From contig JBKHXF010000032.1 in NCBI GenBank assembly GCA_046566145.1, positions 78,036 through 142,035 of the forward strand: a stretch of 64,000 nt of DNA, given 5' to 3'. Within the stretch, counting starts at the first letter, position 1; the number at the start of each line of letters is the position of its first letter. The notes beneath the pieces are model-generated. The model had not been told where the DNA came from, made no database searches, and saw nothing but the letters and a program-made list of their open reading frames with translations. This stretch comes from Actinomycetes bacterium. GTDB lineage: Bacteria > Actinomycetota > Nitriliruptoria > Nitriliruptorales > Nitriliruptoraceae. A program made the translations under genes and the position numbers. Below are positions 1 through 9,787 of this stretch, in pieces.

Positions 1-797
1 TCACCGCCTTCGTCGACCTGCTCGACCTGCTGCGGACCCTCGGTGAGGAGGGCACCTCGGTGCCGGACCTCATCGAGGAGATCTGGACGCGCACGGGCTA
101 CATGGAGGAGCTGCAGGCGGAGCGCACCATCGAGGCCCTCGGTCGCGAGGAGAACCTGCGGGAGCTCCGCTCGGTGGCCGTCGAGCACGCCGAGCGGGTG
201 GGGCCCGACGCCGACCTGCTCGGGTTCCTCGAGTCCGTGACGCTCGTGAGCGAGCAGGACCAGCTCGAGGGGGCCGACGAGGGGCAGGTCACCCTCATGA
301 CGCTGCACAACGCGAAGGGGCTCGAGTTCCCGGTCGTGTTCCTCGTCGGGTTGGAGGACGGGGTCTTCCCCCACGTCCGCTCGCTGTCGGAGCCGGACGA
401 GCTCGAGGAGGAGCGCCGGCTCGCGTACGTCGGGCTGACCCGCGCGCAGGACCGCCTCTACCTGACCCACGCCGACCACCGCACCCTGTGGGGCGGCGCC
501 TCCTACAACCCGCCGTCGCGGTTCCTCACCGAGATCCCGGCCCACCTGCTCGACGAGCGGTCGTCGAAGGGCGCGCCCGGCGGATCGGCGGCGAAGCGGG
601 TCCGCGACCGCGAGGTCCTCGAGCTCGGCGGGGTCGAGTTCTCCGTGGGCGACCGGGTGGTGCACCCGAAGTTCGGCGACGGGGTGATCCGCGCGCTCCA
701 GGGCGAGGGGGAGAAGGCCGAGGCCACGGTCGACTTCGTCGGCGAGGCCGGGCGCAAGCACCTCATCCTCGCGTACGCCCCGCTGGTGCGGGTGTGA
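1..797 (+). CDS. pcrA: ATP-dependent DNA helicase PcrA/UvrD, C-terminal part (5' end lies outside the window)
   Basis: The frame is open from the window edge. Helicase motifs TLMTLHNAKGLEFPVVF and YVGLTRA are present, followed by a C-terminal tail domain. GC3 is high. Confidence 0.85.
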   Translation, partial: TAFVDLLDLLRTLGEEGTSVPDLIEEIWTRTGYMEELQAERTIEALGREENLRELRSVAVEHAERVGPDADLLGFLESVTLVSEQDQLEGADEGQVTLMTLHNAKGLEFPVVFLVGLEDGVFPHVRSLSEPDELEEERRLAYVGLTRAQDRLYLTHADHRTLWGGASYNPPSRFLTEIPAHLLDERSSKGAPGGSAAKRVRDREVLELGGVEFSVGDRVVHPKFGDGVIRALQGEGEKAEATVDFVGEAGRKHLILAYAPLVRV

Positions 798-813
798 GCC
801 GGCGTCGCGCGTC

Positions 814-1374
814 GTGCTGACCGACCTGGGGGCGGCGCTCGCGGTCGTGTTCCTCGCGGAGCTCGGCGACAAGTCGAACCTGCTCGCGCTCGCCCTCGCC
901 GCGCGCCACCCGGCGCGGCAGGTGCTCGCGGGTGTCGCGGCCGCGGCCGCCACCATGCTGGGGCTCGCCGTCCTCGTCGGTGGGGCGCTCGGCGCCGCGC
1001 TCCCGCGGGAGCCGGTCCAGCTCGTCGGCGGGCTGTTGTTCGTCGGCTTCGCCGTGTGGACCGCGAGGGACACCGGCGACGACACCGACGACGACGAGGT
1101 CGCCGAGCGGGGCGGCGGGTTCCTCACCACCTTCGCCACGTTCCTCGTGGCCGAGTTCGGCGACAAGACCATGCTGGCGACGCTCGCCCTGGCGACGACC
1201 CGGGACCCCGTGGCCACGTGGCTCGGCGCCACCGCCGGGATGGTCGCCACCAGCGCCCTCGCGGTCGCGCTCGGTGCCGGGCTCCGGGAGCGGCTGCCGG
1301 CCCGGGCCGTCCGGCTCGGCAGCGCGGCGCTGTTCCTCGCCGTCGGCATCGTGCTCCTCGTCGGGCTCCTCTGA
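814..1374 (+). CDS. UPF0016 (GDT1/TMEM165/MneA) family cation transporter
   Basis: Two copies of the E-x-G-D-K-[ST] motif (ELGDKS, EFGDKT) sit in a 186-aa polytopic membrane protein. Confidence 0.8.
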   Translation: MLTDLGAALAVVFLAELGDKSNLLALALAARHPARQVLAGVAAAAATMLGLAVLVGGALGAALPREPVQLVGGLLFVGFAVWTARDTGDDTDDDEVAERGGGFLTTFATFLVAEFGDKTMLATLALATTRDPVATWLGATAGMVATSALAVALGAGLRERLPARAVRLGSAALFLAVGIVLLVGLL

Positions 1375-1494
1375 CCCGGCCGACTCGACGTGCGCCGGGC
1401 CGTCCGGGGTGGCAGGCTCGACGAACCCCCACCGCAGGCGCCCCCTCCCGCCCCGGCCCCCGCCGGCGGGCGCCCCGAGTCCTCGAGGTCCCCC

Positions 1495-1941
1495 GTGTCC
1501 GATCCCCACGTGTCCGGCCGCCGCGTGTCCGTGGAGCGCGTCATCGACGCGCCCCGCCAGGCCATCTTCGACGTGCTCGCCGACCCGGCGATGCACCCGG
1601 TCATCGACGGCTCCGGCACGGTGAAGCGCGCGCGCGGCAACCCCGCCCGGCTCGGGATGGGCTCGCGGTTCTCGATGGACATGCGCATCGGGTTGCCGTA
1701 CCTGATCCGCAACCGGGTGGTCGAGTTCGAGGAGGGCAGCCGGATCGCGTGGCGCCACTTCCACGGCCACCGCTGGCGCTACGAGCTCGAGGACGTCGAC
1801 GGCGGGACCCTCGTGCGCGAGACCTTCGACTGGTCCACGGCGCGGTTCCCGCGCTACATCGAGATGGCCGGCTTCCCGGAGAAGCACCCGCGGTCGATGG
1901 CCCGCACGCTCGAGCGGCTCGAGCAGCACGTCACCGGTTGA
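1495..1941 (+). CDS. SRPBCC (START/polyketide cyclase-dehydrase-like) family protein
   Basis: The N-terminal pattern VERVIDAPRQAIFDVLADP is typical of SRPBCC proteins. The start is uncertain: in-frame GTGs occur at 1390, 1495, 1510 and 1525. Confidence 0.65.
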   Translation: MSDPHVSGRRVSVERVIDAPRQAIFDVLADPAMHPVIDGSGTVKRARGNPARLGMGSRFSMDMRIGLPYLIRNRVVEFEEGSRIAWRHFHGHRWRYELEDVDGGTLVRETFDWSTARFPRYIEMAGFPEKHPRSMARTLERLEQHVTG

Positions 1942-1966
1942 GCCCCGGCGCCAGCACGGCGGGCGG

Positions 1967-2503
1967 TCAGGCGCAGGTGCCCGGCTCGTCGGTCGGCTCG
2001 GGCCCCGGCAGCGTCCGGGTCGGGTCGGCGTAGAGCTCGCCGTCCACGGCCACCGACGGCAGCGTCGACAGCGAGCGTGCGCCGGCGGTGCCTCGTCCGG
2101 TCACGAGCCACACGTCCGTGCCGTCGGTCAGGCGGTTGCTGCCCTCGCAGTAGACGAGCCCGCCGTCGAGGCCCTCGACGTCGAAGACCCGCACCGTGCC
2201 GCCCGCGGTCACGATTGCGACGTCGCGTCCGCCGACCGAGCCGACCGTGACCGGCGCCGCCGCGGTCAGTCCGCCCGGTACGAGCTCGAACGGGGGGCCG
2301 GGGGGCGCGCCGGCGGAGCGCAGGAACAGCACCCCGGCGACCAGCACGACCACGCCGGCGAGGACGGCGGCGACGAGCCACTGCAGCCCGAGCGGTGCCC
2401 GGAGCACGATCTTCCGGGCGCGCTTCGAGGCCCGCTCCGGCAGGTAGCCGGACGGACCGAAGTCGGGCCGCTCGGTCGGGTCGGTCGGGTCGTCGTCGCG
2501 CAT
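1967..2503 (-). CDS. Hypothetical membrane-anchored protein
   Basis: ATG at 2503 (MRDDDPTDP). One TM helix (LQWLVAAVLAGVVVLVAGVLFL) is followed by an extracytoplasmic domain. GC3 is high. No family recognised. Confidence 0.55.
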   Translation of the reverse strand: MRDDDPTDPTERPDFGPSGYLPERASKRARKIVLRAPLGLQWLVAAVLAGVVVLVAGVLFLRSAGAPPGPPFELVPGGLTAAAPVTVGSVGGRDVAIVTAGGTVRVFDVEGLDGGLVYCEGSNRLTDGTDVWLVTGRGTAGARSLSTLPSVAVDGELYADPTRTLPGPEPTDEPGTCA

Positions 2504-2700
2504 CGGCGGGGACGGTACCCGCGCGCCCGCGCTGCCCCGGGCCGCCACGGGGGCCCACCGGGGAGGAACCGGGCCGCTCGACGTCGAACGACCGTAGGGG
2601 TGCGGTCGGGAGAGGACCGTCGTCGGTGCGTGGCCATGTGCCCGTCCGGTGCGTGCCTCCCGCCGCGCGACCTCCACCTCCCGCTCGACCGGAGCCCCCT

Positions 2701-5268
2701 GTGCGACCCCAGTCCCCTCGCCTCGGTGCGCGCGTGCTCGCCGCCGTGGCCGCCTCCAGCCTCGCCCTGATCCCGAGCGCCGCCGGCGCGGAGGGCCTGC
2801 TCGCGCCGCCCGACGGCGTCTACGAGGCGACCATCACGCGGACCGCCTTCGGCATCCCGCACATCCTCGCCGAGGACTTCGGCTCGCTCGGCTTCGGCCA
2901 GGGCTACGGCGCCGCGCAGGACATCGGCTGCTCCATCGCCGAGGTGCTGGTGACCGGCCGCGGCGAGCGCTCCAAGTGGTTCGGCCCTGACGAGCGCTAC
3001 ACCGACCAGGTGACGCTCGACGCGACCAACCTCCAGGTCGACACCCTCTTCGGCGACATCATCAACCGCGGCGTCGTGGAGGAGCTGCTGGCCTCCGACG
3101 ACCCGGGCATCGCGCCGGGCGCCGAGGTCCGCGCGATGGTCGAGGGCTACGTGGCCGGCTACAACGCCTGGCTCGAGGACGTCGGCGGGCCGGACGGCAT
3201 CGACGACCCGGCCTGCGCCGGCGAGGAGTGGGTCGGCCCGGCCGAGCCGCTCGACCTGTACCGCGGCATCTACGCGGCGAACCTGCTCGCGTCCTCCGGC
3301 GTCTTCGTGGAGGAGATCGCGGACGCCGCGCCGCCGACCGAGAAGGGCCAGACCGGCCTGCCCATCCCGATCGACGGCCCGACGTTCGCCGAGGTCCCCG
3401 ACGTCCTGCCGAGCGCCGAGGAGGTCGAGGCGGCGCTCGGGCGCGGCGAGTCGCTGCCGTTCGGCTCCAACGGCACCGCGCTCGGCTCGGCCGCGACCGA
3501 CACCGGTCGCGGCATGGTGCTCGGCAACCCCCACTTCCCGTGGCAGGGCCGGTACCGCTTCACCCAGACCCAGCTCACCATCCCCGGCGTGTACGACGTG
3601 CGCGGCGGGATGCTGCACGGCTCCCCGGTCGTGAACATCGGCTGGACCGACGACGTCGCCTGGACCCACACCGTCTCGACGGCGTTCCGCTTCACCCCCT
3701 ACGAGTACCCGCTCCTCGGCTCGCCGACGACCTACCTGTCGTCCGAGGGCCCGAAGGAGCTCGAGCGCCGCACCGTCGACGTCGAGCTGCCCGACGGCTC
3801 CGCCGTCACCACCGACCTCTACCGCACCGACGAGGGCTACGTCGTCGACGCGCCCGCCATCCTCATCGGCTGGACGCCGGTCAGCGTCTGGGCCATCCGC
3901 GACGCCAACGCCGAGCACCTCAAGACCCTCGACGTGTTCCACGAGATGGCCAAGGCCAAGGACGTCGACGAGCTGGCCGAGGCGCAGATCCGCACCATGG
4001 GCATCCCGTGGGTCAACACGATGGCGGCCGACCGGGACGGCACCGCGCTGTACGCCGACAACTCGGTGGTCCCGCACGTCACCAACGAGATGGCGCAGCG
4101 CTGCATGACCCCGGTGGGGCGTGCCCTGTTCCAGCTCGCCGGCCTGCCCGGGCTCAACGGCGCCCTCGCCGGCAGCGAGTGCGCCTGGGGCTCCGACGAC
4201 GACGCGCCGCGCGACGGCATCTTCGGCGAGGCGAACCTGCCGGACGTCACCACCGACACCTGGGTCATCAACGCGAACGACAGCTACTGGCTGCCGAACC
4301 CGGAGCTGCCCCTGACGGGCTTCGCCCGGATCATCGGCTGCGAGGCGTGCCTGCGGACCCTGCGGACGCGGATGGTCTACCGCTACGTGCTCGACCGGCT
4401 CGACGGGTCCGACGGGCTCGGCGGCCCGGACGTGTTCACCCACGACCAGCTCATGGCCATCCAGACCGAGAACCGGGTGTACGGCGCGGAGCTCGCCCGC
4501 GAGGACGACGACCTGCAGGACGTCTGCGCCGCCGCCGACGTGCCGCAGGCCGCCTGCGACGCGCTCGCCGGCTGGGACGGCCGCACCGACGTCGACAGCC
4601 GTGGTGCCATCCTGTTCCGCGAGTTCTTCACCCGCGCCGGGGCGCAGACCTGGGAGGTGCCGTTCGACGCCGCCGACCCGGTGAACACGCCCCGCGACCT
4701 CGACGAGGACGCCTCGGCCGTCATCGCCGCGTTCGAGGCGGGCGTCGCCACCCTCGACGACGCGGGCGTCGCCTACGACGCGCCGCTCGGCAGCCAGCAG
4801 AAGGCCGGCGACGAGGGGGCCGGCGACATCCCGGTCCACGGCGGCTTCAGCTCGACCGGCAGCGCCAACGTCGTCGCGATCCGCAACCCGACCGCCAACA
4901 CCGACGTGCTCTACCCGATCTCGTACGGGTCGAGCCACATCCAGGCGGTCGCCTTCGACGACGAGGGCGTGGAGGGCTGCACCATCCTCACCTACGGCCA
5001 GTCGTTCGACGCCTCCAGCGACCGGCACGACGACCAGACGCGCCTGTGGGCCGAGGAGGACTGGGTCTGCTGGCCGCGCACCCAGGAGGAGATCGCCGCC
5101 GAGGCGATCGAGACCACCACGGTGCGTCGGGCCGTCGCGGGTGCGCCCGCGCCGCTCGCGGCCGACGACGGCATCGAGATGCCGGCCACGGGGGGTGGGC
5201 TCGCCGTCGCCGGGCTCGGTCTAGCCGGGCTGGCGCTCGGCCTGGGCCGCCGGCGCCAGGAGGCCTGA
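2701..5268 (+). CDS. Ntn-hydrolase penicillin amidase / acyl-homoserine-lactone acylase family protein, secreted, with a C-terminal sorting-signal-like tail
   Basis: GTG at 2701 gives a signal peptide (RLGARVLAAVAASSLALIPSAAGA). Autoprocessing site FGSNGTALG and GNPHFPW/PVVNIGWT motifs are present. The tail reads MPATGGG, then a hydrophobic stretch, then RRRQEA. Confidence 0.8.
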   Translation: MRPQSPRLGARVLAAVAASSLALIPSAAGAEGLLAPPDGVYEATITRTAFGIPHILAEDFGSLGFGQGYGAAQDIGCSIAEVLVTGRGERSKWFGPDERYTDQVTLDATNLQVDTLFGDIINRGVVEELLASDDPGIAPGAEVRAMVEGYVAGYNAWLEDVGGPDGIDDPACAGEEWVGPAEPLDLYRGIYAANLLASSGVFVEEIADAAPPTEKGQTGLPIPIDGPTFAEVPDVLPSAEEVEAALGRGESLPFGSNGTALGSAATDTGRGMVLGNPHFPWQGRYRFTQTQLTIPGVYDVRGGMLHGSPVVNIGWTDDVAWTHTVSTAFRFTPYEYPLLGSPTTYLSSEGPKELERRTVDVELPDGSAVTTDLYRTDEGYVVDAPAILIGWTPVSVWAIRDANAEHLKTLDVFHEMAKAKDVDELAEAQIRTMGIPWVNTMAADRDGTALYADNSVVPHVTNEMAQRCMTPVGRALFQLAGLPGLNGALAGSECAWGSDDDAPRDGIFGEANLPDVTTDTWVINANDSYWLPNPELPLTGFARIIGCEACLRTLRTRMVYRYVLDRLDGSDGLGGPDVFTHDQLMAIQTENRVYGAELAREDDDLQDVCAAADVPQAACDALAGWDGRTDVDSRGAILFREFFTRAGAQTWEVPFDAADPVNTPRDLDEDASAVIAAFEAGVATLDDAGVAYDAPLGSQQKAGDEGAGDIPVHGGFSSTGSANVVAIRNPTANTDVLYPISYGSSHIQAVAFDDEGVEGCTILTYGQSFDASSDRHDDQTRLWAEEDWVCWPRTQEEIAAEAIETTTVRRAVAGAPAPLAADDGIEMPATGGGLAVAGLGLAGLALGLGRRRQEA

Positions 5269-5286
5269 CCCGAGCGCGAGCCAGCC

Positions 5287-6912
5287 TCAGGGCTGTCCCG
5301 CGGCTCGCCACCTCGCGTGGCGGGCCGCGGTGCGTCCGGCCGCGCCGTCCGCCGCGAGGTCGTCGAGCGCCGCCGTGACCGCGGCCCAGGCGGTGGTGAC
5401 CTCCGCGCCGGCGGGCTCGGGCACCACGGCGTCGCACAGGCCGAGCGCCAGCAGGTCGTGCGCGGTCGGCCGCAGCAGCGCCGCCACCTCGGGGGCCCGG
5501 CCGGCGTCGCGGTGCAGGATGGCCGCGGCGCCCTCCGGGGCGATCACCGAGAACGTCGCGTGCTGCTGCAGCAGCAGCCGGTCGGCCACCGCCAGCGCCA
5601 GCGCCCCGCCGGAGCCGCCCTCACCGGTCACCAGGCAGACGGTCGGTACGGGGAGGGCGAGGAGGCGCGAGAACGTCGCGGCGATGTGGTGGGCCACCCC
5701 GCCGGCCTCGCTCGACGCCGACGCGTCGGCCCCGGGCGTGTCGACGAGCGTCACCACCGGCAGGCCGAGGCGCTCGGCGAGGGCGAGGCCGCGCCACGCG
5801 AGCCGGTACCCGGCCGGGGTGACCCGGGCCTCGTCGACGTCCCGGTCCATCGCCACGACCACCACCCGGTGGGGGGCGGAGCCGTGCGCCGCCGGCGGCA
5901 GGGTCGCGAGCGCCACCCGGATCGTGTCGTCGACGCCGCCGGCGCGGTCACCCCGCAGCGAGGCGGCGACGTCCACGGCCGCGAGGAAGCCGCCGGCGCG
6001 GGCCCGGGCGGGGTCGCGGGAGGCGAGGACCGCCGTCCAGGCGTCGGGCCGCTCCGCCGCGCCGGCGGCCGGCCGGTCGTCGGCGGGGGCAGCAGCGGGG
6101 GCCTGCGCAGGCGTCGCCCGCGTGTCGCCGGCGGCCCAGGCGAGCAGGGTCGTGAGCCGACCGGGCAGGTCGCCGCGCGCCACCACGTCGTCGACGAGCC
6201 CGGAGGCCCGGGCCCCCGCGGCGGTGTGCGACCCCTCGGGCAGCGGGCCCCCGGTCATCGCCTCGGCCACGCGGGGGCCGGCGAACCCGATGGTCGCGCC
6301 CGGCTCGGCCCACACCACGTCGGCGAGGTTCGCGTGGCTCGCGAACACCCCGCCCGTGGTCGGGTGGCGCAGCACGGCCACCTGCAGCAGCCCCGCCGCC
6401 GCGTGCGCGCGGGACGCGACCGTGGTGGCGGCCATCTGCACCAGCGACGCCATGCCCTCCTGCATCCGGGCGCCACCCGTGGAGGGCAGCAGGACCACCG
6501 GCAGGCCCGCCTCCCGGGCGTGGTCGAACGCGGCGGCGATGACCGCGCCGGTGCGGGAGCCCATCGAGCCGCCGAGGAAGCCGAACTCCCACACCACGGC
6601 GACCAGCCCCGGTCCCGTCGCCGCGCCGGCGTCGTCGCGCAGGTGCCCGACGCCGGCGACCACCGACTCGTCCGTGCCGGCCTCCGCGCGGGCGTCGGCC
6701 AGCCGGGCCCGGTACTCGGGCCACCCGAGCGGGTCGGGGACCACCGCCGGCGCGGGCAGCGACGCCGCGTCGGGCACCAGCCACTCGAGCAGGGCCACCG
6801 CCGGCGCGTGCCCGTGGGCCCCGCAGGCGGGGCACACCCCGGGGACGGGCCCGTCCAGCGGGGCGTCGCAGCGGCGGCAGGTCGGCACGGTCGGCCTCTC
6901 GGTCGGCGTCAC
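5287..6912 (-). CDS. Acetyl-CoA carboxylase carboxyltransferase, fused beta (AccD)-alpha (AccA) subunits
   Basis: N-terminal Zn ribbon [15 protein letters not shown], AccD motif [13 protein letters not shown] and AccA motif [23 protein letters not shown] start at 6912. The listed 1050-aa ORF upstream of this point is read-through. Confidence 0.8.
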   Translation of the reverse strand: MTPTERPTVPTCRRCDAPLDGPVPGVCPACGAHGHAPAVALLEWLVPDAASLPAPAVVPDPLGWPEYRARLADARAEAGTDESVVAGVGHLRDDAGAATGPGLVAVVWEFGFLGGSMGSRTGAVIAAAFDHAREAGLPVVLLPSTGGARMQEGMASLVQMAATTVASRAHAAAGLLQVAVLRHPTTGGVFASHANLADVVWAEPGATIGFAGPRVAEAMTGGPLPEGSHTAAGARASGLVDDVVARGDLPGRLTTLLAWAAGDTRATPAQAPAAAPADDRPAAGAAERPDAWTAVLASRDPARARAGGFLAAVDVAASLRGDRAGGVDDTIRVALATLPPAAHGSAPHRVVVVAMDRDVDEARVTPAGYRLAWRGLALAERLGLPVVTLVDTPGADASASSEAGGVAHHIAATFSRLLALPVPTVCLVTGEGGSGGALALAVADRLLLQQHATFSVIAPEGAAAILHRDAGRAPEVAALLRPTAHDLLALGLCDAVVPEPAGAEVTTAWAAVTAALDDLAADGAAGRTAARHARWRAAGQP

Positions 6913-7149
6913 GGTCGTCGGGGTCGCGGTGGCGGTCGAGGCCGGACCGTAGTCCGCTCGGCCACGGTCGGATGTGGTCGCCGACGAGCGCTCGACTACC
7001 CTCCGCGCCCAGCGGCGGCCCGCGCCCCCCGCCCGGCAGGCGTCGGTGGGTGCACGTCGGTCCGCTCCCACCGCGTGCGCGTCCCCCCGGCGTGCGCGAG
7101 CGCACGTCGTCCCCGTCGAACACCACCGCCGAGCCGTCAGGAGCACACC

Positions 7150-7548
7150 GTGGCCATCCGCGTCGTCGTGGCCAAGCCCGGTCTGGACGGGCACGACCGT
7201 GGCGCCAAGGTCGTCGCCCGCGCCCTGCGGGACGCCGGCATGGAGGTCATCTACACGGGCCTGCACCAGACCCCCGAGCAGATCGTGTCGGCGACGCTGC
7301 AGGAGGACGCGCAGGCGGTCGGCCTGTCGGTCCACTCCGGCGCCCACATGACGCTGTTCCGCAAGGTCGTGGACCTGCTGGCCGAGGCCGGCGCCGACGA
7401 CGTGGTGGTGTTCGGCGGCGGGATCATCCCGCAGGCGGACGTGACCGCCCTCAAGGAGGCGGGCGTCGCCGAGATCTTCACCCCCGGGACCCCGATGGGG
7501 GACATCGTGGCGTGGGTCGAGGCCAACGTCCCCGACCGCACCGCGTAG
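7150..7548 (+). CDS. icmB: Stand-alone B12-binding small subunit of an acyl-CoA mutase (IcmB-like)
   Basis: 132 aa. The stretch [44 protein letters not shown] carries the DxHxxG cobalamin motif and closely resembles my recollection of Streptomyces IcmB. Confidence 0.8.
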   Translation: MAIRVVVAKPGLDGHDRGAKVVARALRDAGMEVIYTGLHQTPEQIVSATLQEDAQAVGLSVHSGAHMTLFRKVVDLLAEAGADDVVVFGGGIIPQADVTALKEAGVAEIFTPGTPMGDIVAWVEANVPDRTA

Positions 7549-7608
7549 CCCCGCCCCACCCACCGCACCCCCGACCCTCACCTTCCACACCAGCGAGAGA
7601 GGCATCCG

Positions 7609-8772
7609 ATGGACCTCGTCGAGTTCCAGGGCAAGCAGCTGTTCCGTCGCAACGGCGTCCCCGTCCCGCCGGAGGGTGCGGTCTGCCGCACCGTCGACGA
7701 GGTCGAGGCCGCCGCGCGCGAGCTGGGCGGCATGACCGTCATCAAGGCCCAGGTGAAGATGGGTGGCCGCGGCAAGGCCGGCGGCGTGAAGCTCGCCAAG
7801 GACGCCGACGAGGCCCGCACGCACGCCGAGTCGATCTTCGGCCTCGACATCAAGGGCCACGTCGTCAACGTGATCTACGTCGAGCCGGCGTCGGACATCG
7901 CCGAGGAGTACTACCTCTCGATCCTCCACGACCGCGTCAACAAGGGCTACCTCGTCATCTGCTCCCGTGAGGGCGGCATGGACATCGAGGAGGTCAACCG
8001 CACCAAGCCCGAGGCCGTCGTCAAGGAGCCGCTGCTCCCCGGTGAGACCGAGGGCGGCCTGCCGGCCGAGCGTGCCCTCGACATCGTCACCCGTGCCGCG
8101 CTGCCCGAGCAGGTCCGCGAGGAGGCCGCCGACCTGCTGGTGAAGCTCTTCGCCGCCATGCGCGACGAGGACGCGACGCTGGTCGAGATCAACCCGCTGA
8201 TCCTCACTGAGGACGGCCGGGTCATCGCGCTGGACGCGAAGGTCTCGCTGGACGGCAACGCCGCCTTCCGCCACGGCGAGTACGACGAGTGGAAGATCGA
8301 CGGCATCGACGCCGACGACCCGCTCGAGGCCGAGGCCAAGGAGAAGGGCATCCAGTACGTGAAGCTGGACGGCTCGGTCGGGGTGCTCGGCAACGGCGCC
8401 GGTCTGGTCATGGCGACCCTCGACGTCGTCGCGCAGCACGGCGGCAAGGCCGCGAACTTCCTCGACATCGGTGGTGGCGCGTCCGCCGACGCGATGGCCG
8501 AGTCGCTCGCGCTCGTGCTCAAGGACCCGGCGGTCAAGAGCGTGTTCGTGAACATCTTCGGCGGCATCACCCGCGGTGAGGAGGTCGCCAACGGCATCGT
8601 CGAGGCGACCAACCGCCTCGGGGACTTCCCGCAGAAGCTCGTGGTCCGCCTCGACGGCACCAACGCCGAGGAGGGCCGTCGCATCCTGACCGAGGCCGAC
8701 CTGCCCAACGTCATCGCCGCGGCGACCATGGACGAGGCGGCCGAGAAGGCCGTCGAGCTCGCAACCGCCTGA
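7609..8772 (+). CDS. sucC: Succinyl-CoA synthetase beta subunit
   Basis: MDLVEFQGKQLF N-terminus and ATP-grasp domain; sucD lies immediately downstream. A GAGAGAGG Shine-Dalgarno sequence precedes the ATG. Confidence 0.95.
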   Translation: MDLVEFQGKQLFRRNGVPVPPEGAVCRTVDEVEAAARELGGMTVIKAQVKMGGRGKAGGVKLAKDADEARTHAESIFGLDIKGHVVNVIYVEPASDIAEEYYLSILHDRVNKGYLVICSREGGMDIEEVNRTKPEAVVKEPLLPGETEGGLPAERALDIVTRAALPEQVREEAADLLVKLFAAMRDEDATLVEINPLILTEDGRVIALDAKVSLDGNAAFRHGEYDEWKIDGIDADDPLEAEAKEKGIQYVKLDGSVGVLGNGAGLVMATLDVVAQHGGKAANFLDIGGGASADAMAESLALVLKDPAVKSVFVNIFGGITRGEEVANGIVEATNRLGDFPQKLVVRLDGTNAEEGRRILTEADLPNVIAAATMDEAAEKAVELATA

Positions 8773-8801
8773 CCCGCCACGACGAGAACGAGGACAGACA
8801 G

Positions 8802-9692
8802 ATGAGCATCTTCATCGACGAGAACACCACGGTCGTCGTGCAGGGCATCGGCTCGCAGGGGACCTTCCACGCCAAGCGCAACAAGGACTACGGCACCAAG
8901 GTCGTCGCCGGCACCCACCCGAAGAAGGGCGGCACCACCTGGGAGGGCCTCGACGTCCCGGTCTTCGCGACCGTGAAGGAGGCCGTCACCGAGGCCGGCG
9001 CCAACACCTCGCTGGTCATGGTCCCGGCGCCGTTCACCAAGGACGCCATCCTCGAGGCCTACGAGGCCGGCATCGAGACCATCGTCGCCATCACCGAGGG
9101 CGTCCCGGTCCACGACATGACCGAGGTCTACGACACGGTCGTGCGCAAGGGCGGCGTCCGCCTGCTCGGCCCGAACTGCCCCGGTCTGATCAGCCCCGGC
9201 AAGTCGAACGTCGGCATCATCCCGGCCGACATCCCGACCCCCGGTCGCGTCGGCCTCGTGTCGCGCTCCGGCACCCTGACCTACCAGATCATGCACGAGC
9301 TGGCGCAGGCCGGCATCGGCATCTCGACCTGCGTCGGCATCGGCGGTGACCCGGTCATCGGCACGCAGTTCCTCGACGTCATCCAGGCGTTCGCCGAGGA
9401 CCCCGACACCGACGCGATCGCGTTCGTCGGCGAGATCGGCGGCTCCGAGGAGCAGAAGGCCGGCGAGTGGATCCGGGACAACATCCCGGACACCCCGGTG
9501 GTCGGCTACATCGCCGGCTTCGAGGCGCCCGAGGGCAAGCAGATGGGCCACGCCGGCGCCATCGTCAAGGAGGGCGGCCCCGGCGGTGAGTCCGCGGCCG
9601 AGAAGAAGGAGATCCTCGAGGGCTTCGGCATCTCGGTGGCGATGAACCCCTCCGAGGCCGCGAAGCTCATGATCGAGCGTCTCCAGGGCTGA
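8802..9692 (+). CDS. sucD: Succinyl-CoA synthetase alpha subunit
   Basis: CoA-binding and catalytic-His region (GHAGAIV) and the SRSGTLTYQ motif. Confidence 0.95.
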   Translation: MSIFIDENTTVVVQGIGSQGTFHAKRNKDYGTKVVAGTHPKKGGTTWEGLDVPVFATVKEAVTEAGANTSLVMVPAPFTKDAILEAYEAGIETIVAITEGVPVHDMTEVYDTVVRKGGVRLLGPNCPGLISPGKSNVGIIPADIPTPGRVGLVSRSGTLTYQIMHELAQAGIGISTCVGIGGDPVIGTQFLDVIQAFAEDPDTDAIAFVGEIGGSEEQKAGEWIRDNIPDTPVVGYIAGFEAPEGKQMGHAGAIVKEGGPGGESAAEKKEILEGFGISVAMNPSEAAKLMIERLQG

Positions 9693-9718
9693 GCCCGACC
9701 GCGCCACGCGCACACGAC

Positions 9719-9750
9719 GAGGCCCCGCCGGCGACCGCCGGCGGGGCCTC
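9719..9750 (+). terminator. Stem-loop terminator after sucD
   Basis: GAGGCCCCGCCGGCG-AC-CGCCGGCGGGGCCTC forms perfect 15-nt arms, 27 nt after the sucD stop. There is no U-tract, which is common in high-GC actinobacteria. Confidence 0.6.
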
Positions 9751-9781
9751 GTGGTCGTCGCCGGCCGAGCGGTGGGGCCCC

Positions 9782-9787
9782 TAGGCT
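9782..9787 (+). promoter_or_regulatory. -10-like hexamer TAGGCT upstream of the EthD/FIST genes
   Basis: TAGGCTCGCGGGC, 49 nt upstream of the ATG at 9837. Confidence 0.35.

Noticed and set aside
2266-5028. 920-aa ORF antisense to the acylase gene
   Set aside because: Its composition is Gly/Arg/Ala/Val-rich and low in complexity. It has no recognisable motifs and is fully antisense to a gene with clear family motifs. Long open antisense frames are expected at this GC content.
5287-8439. 1050-aa ORF spanning the carboxyltransferase gene and continuing antisense through icmB and sucC
   Set aside because: Only the C-terminal 541 aa (5287..6912) have AccD/AccA motifs and a plausible start next to the Zn ribbon. 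The upstream part is antisense to well-supported genes.
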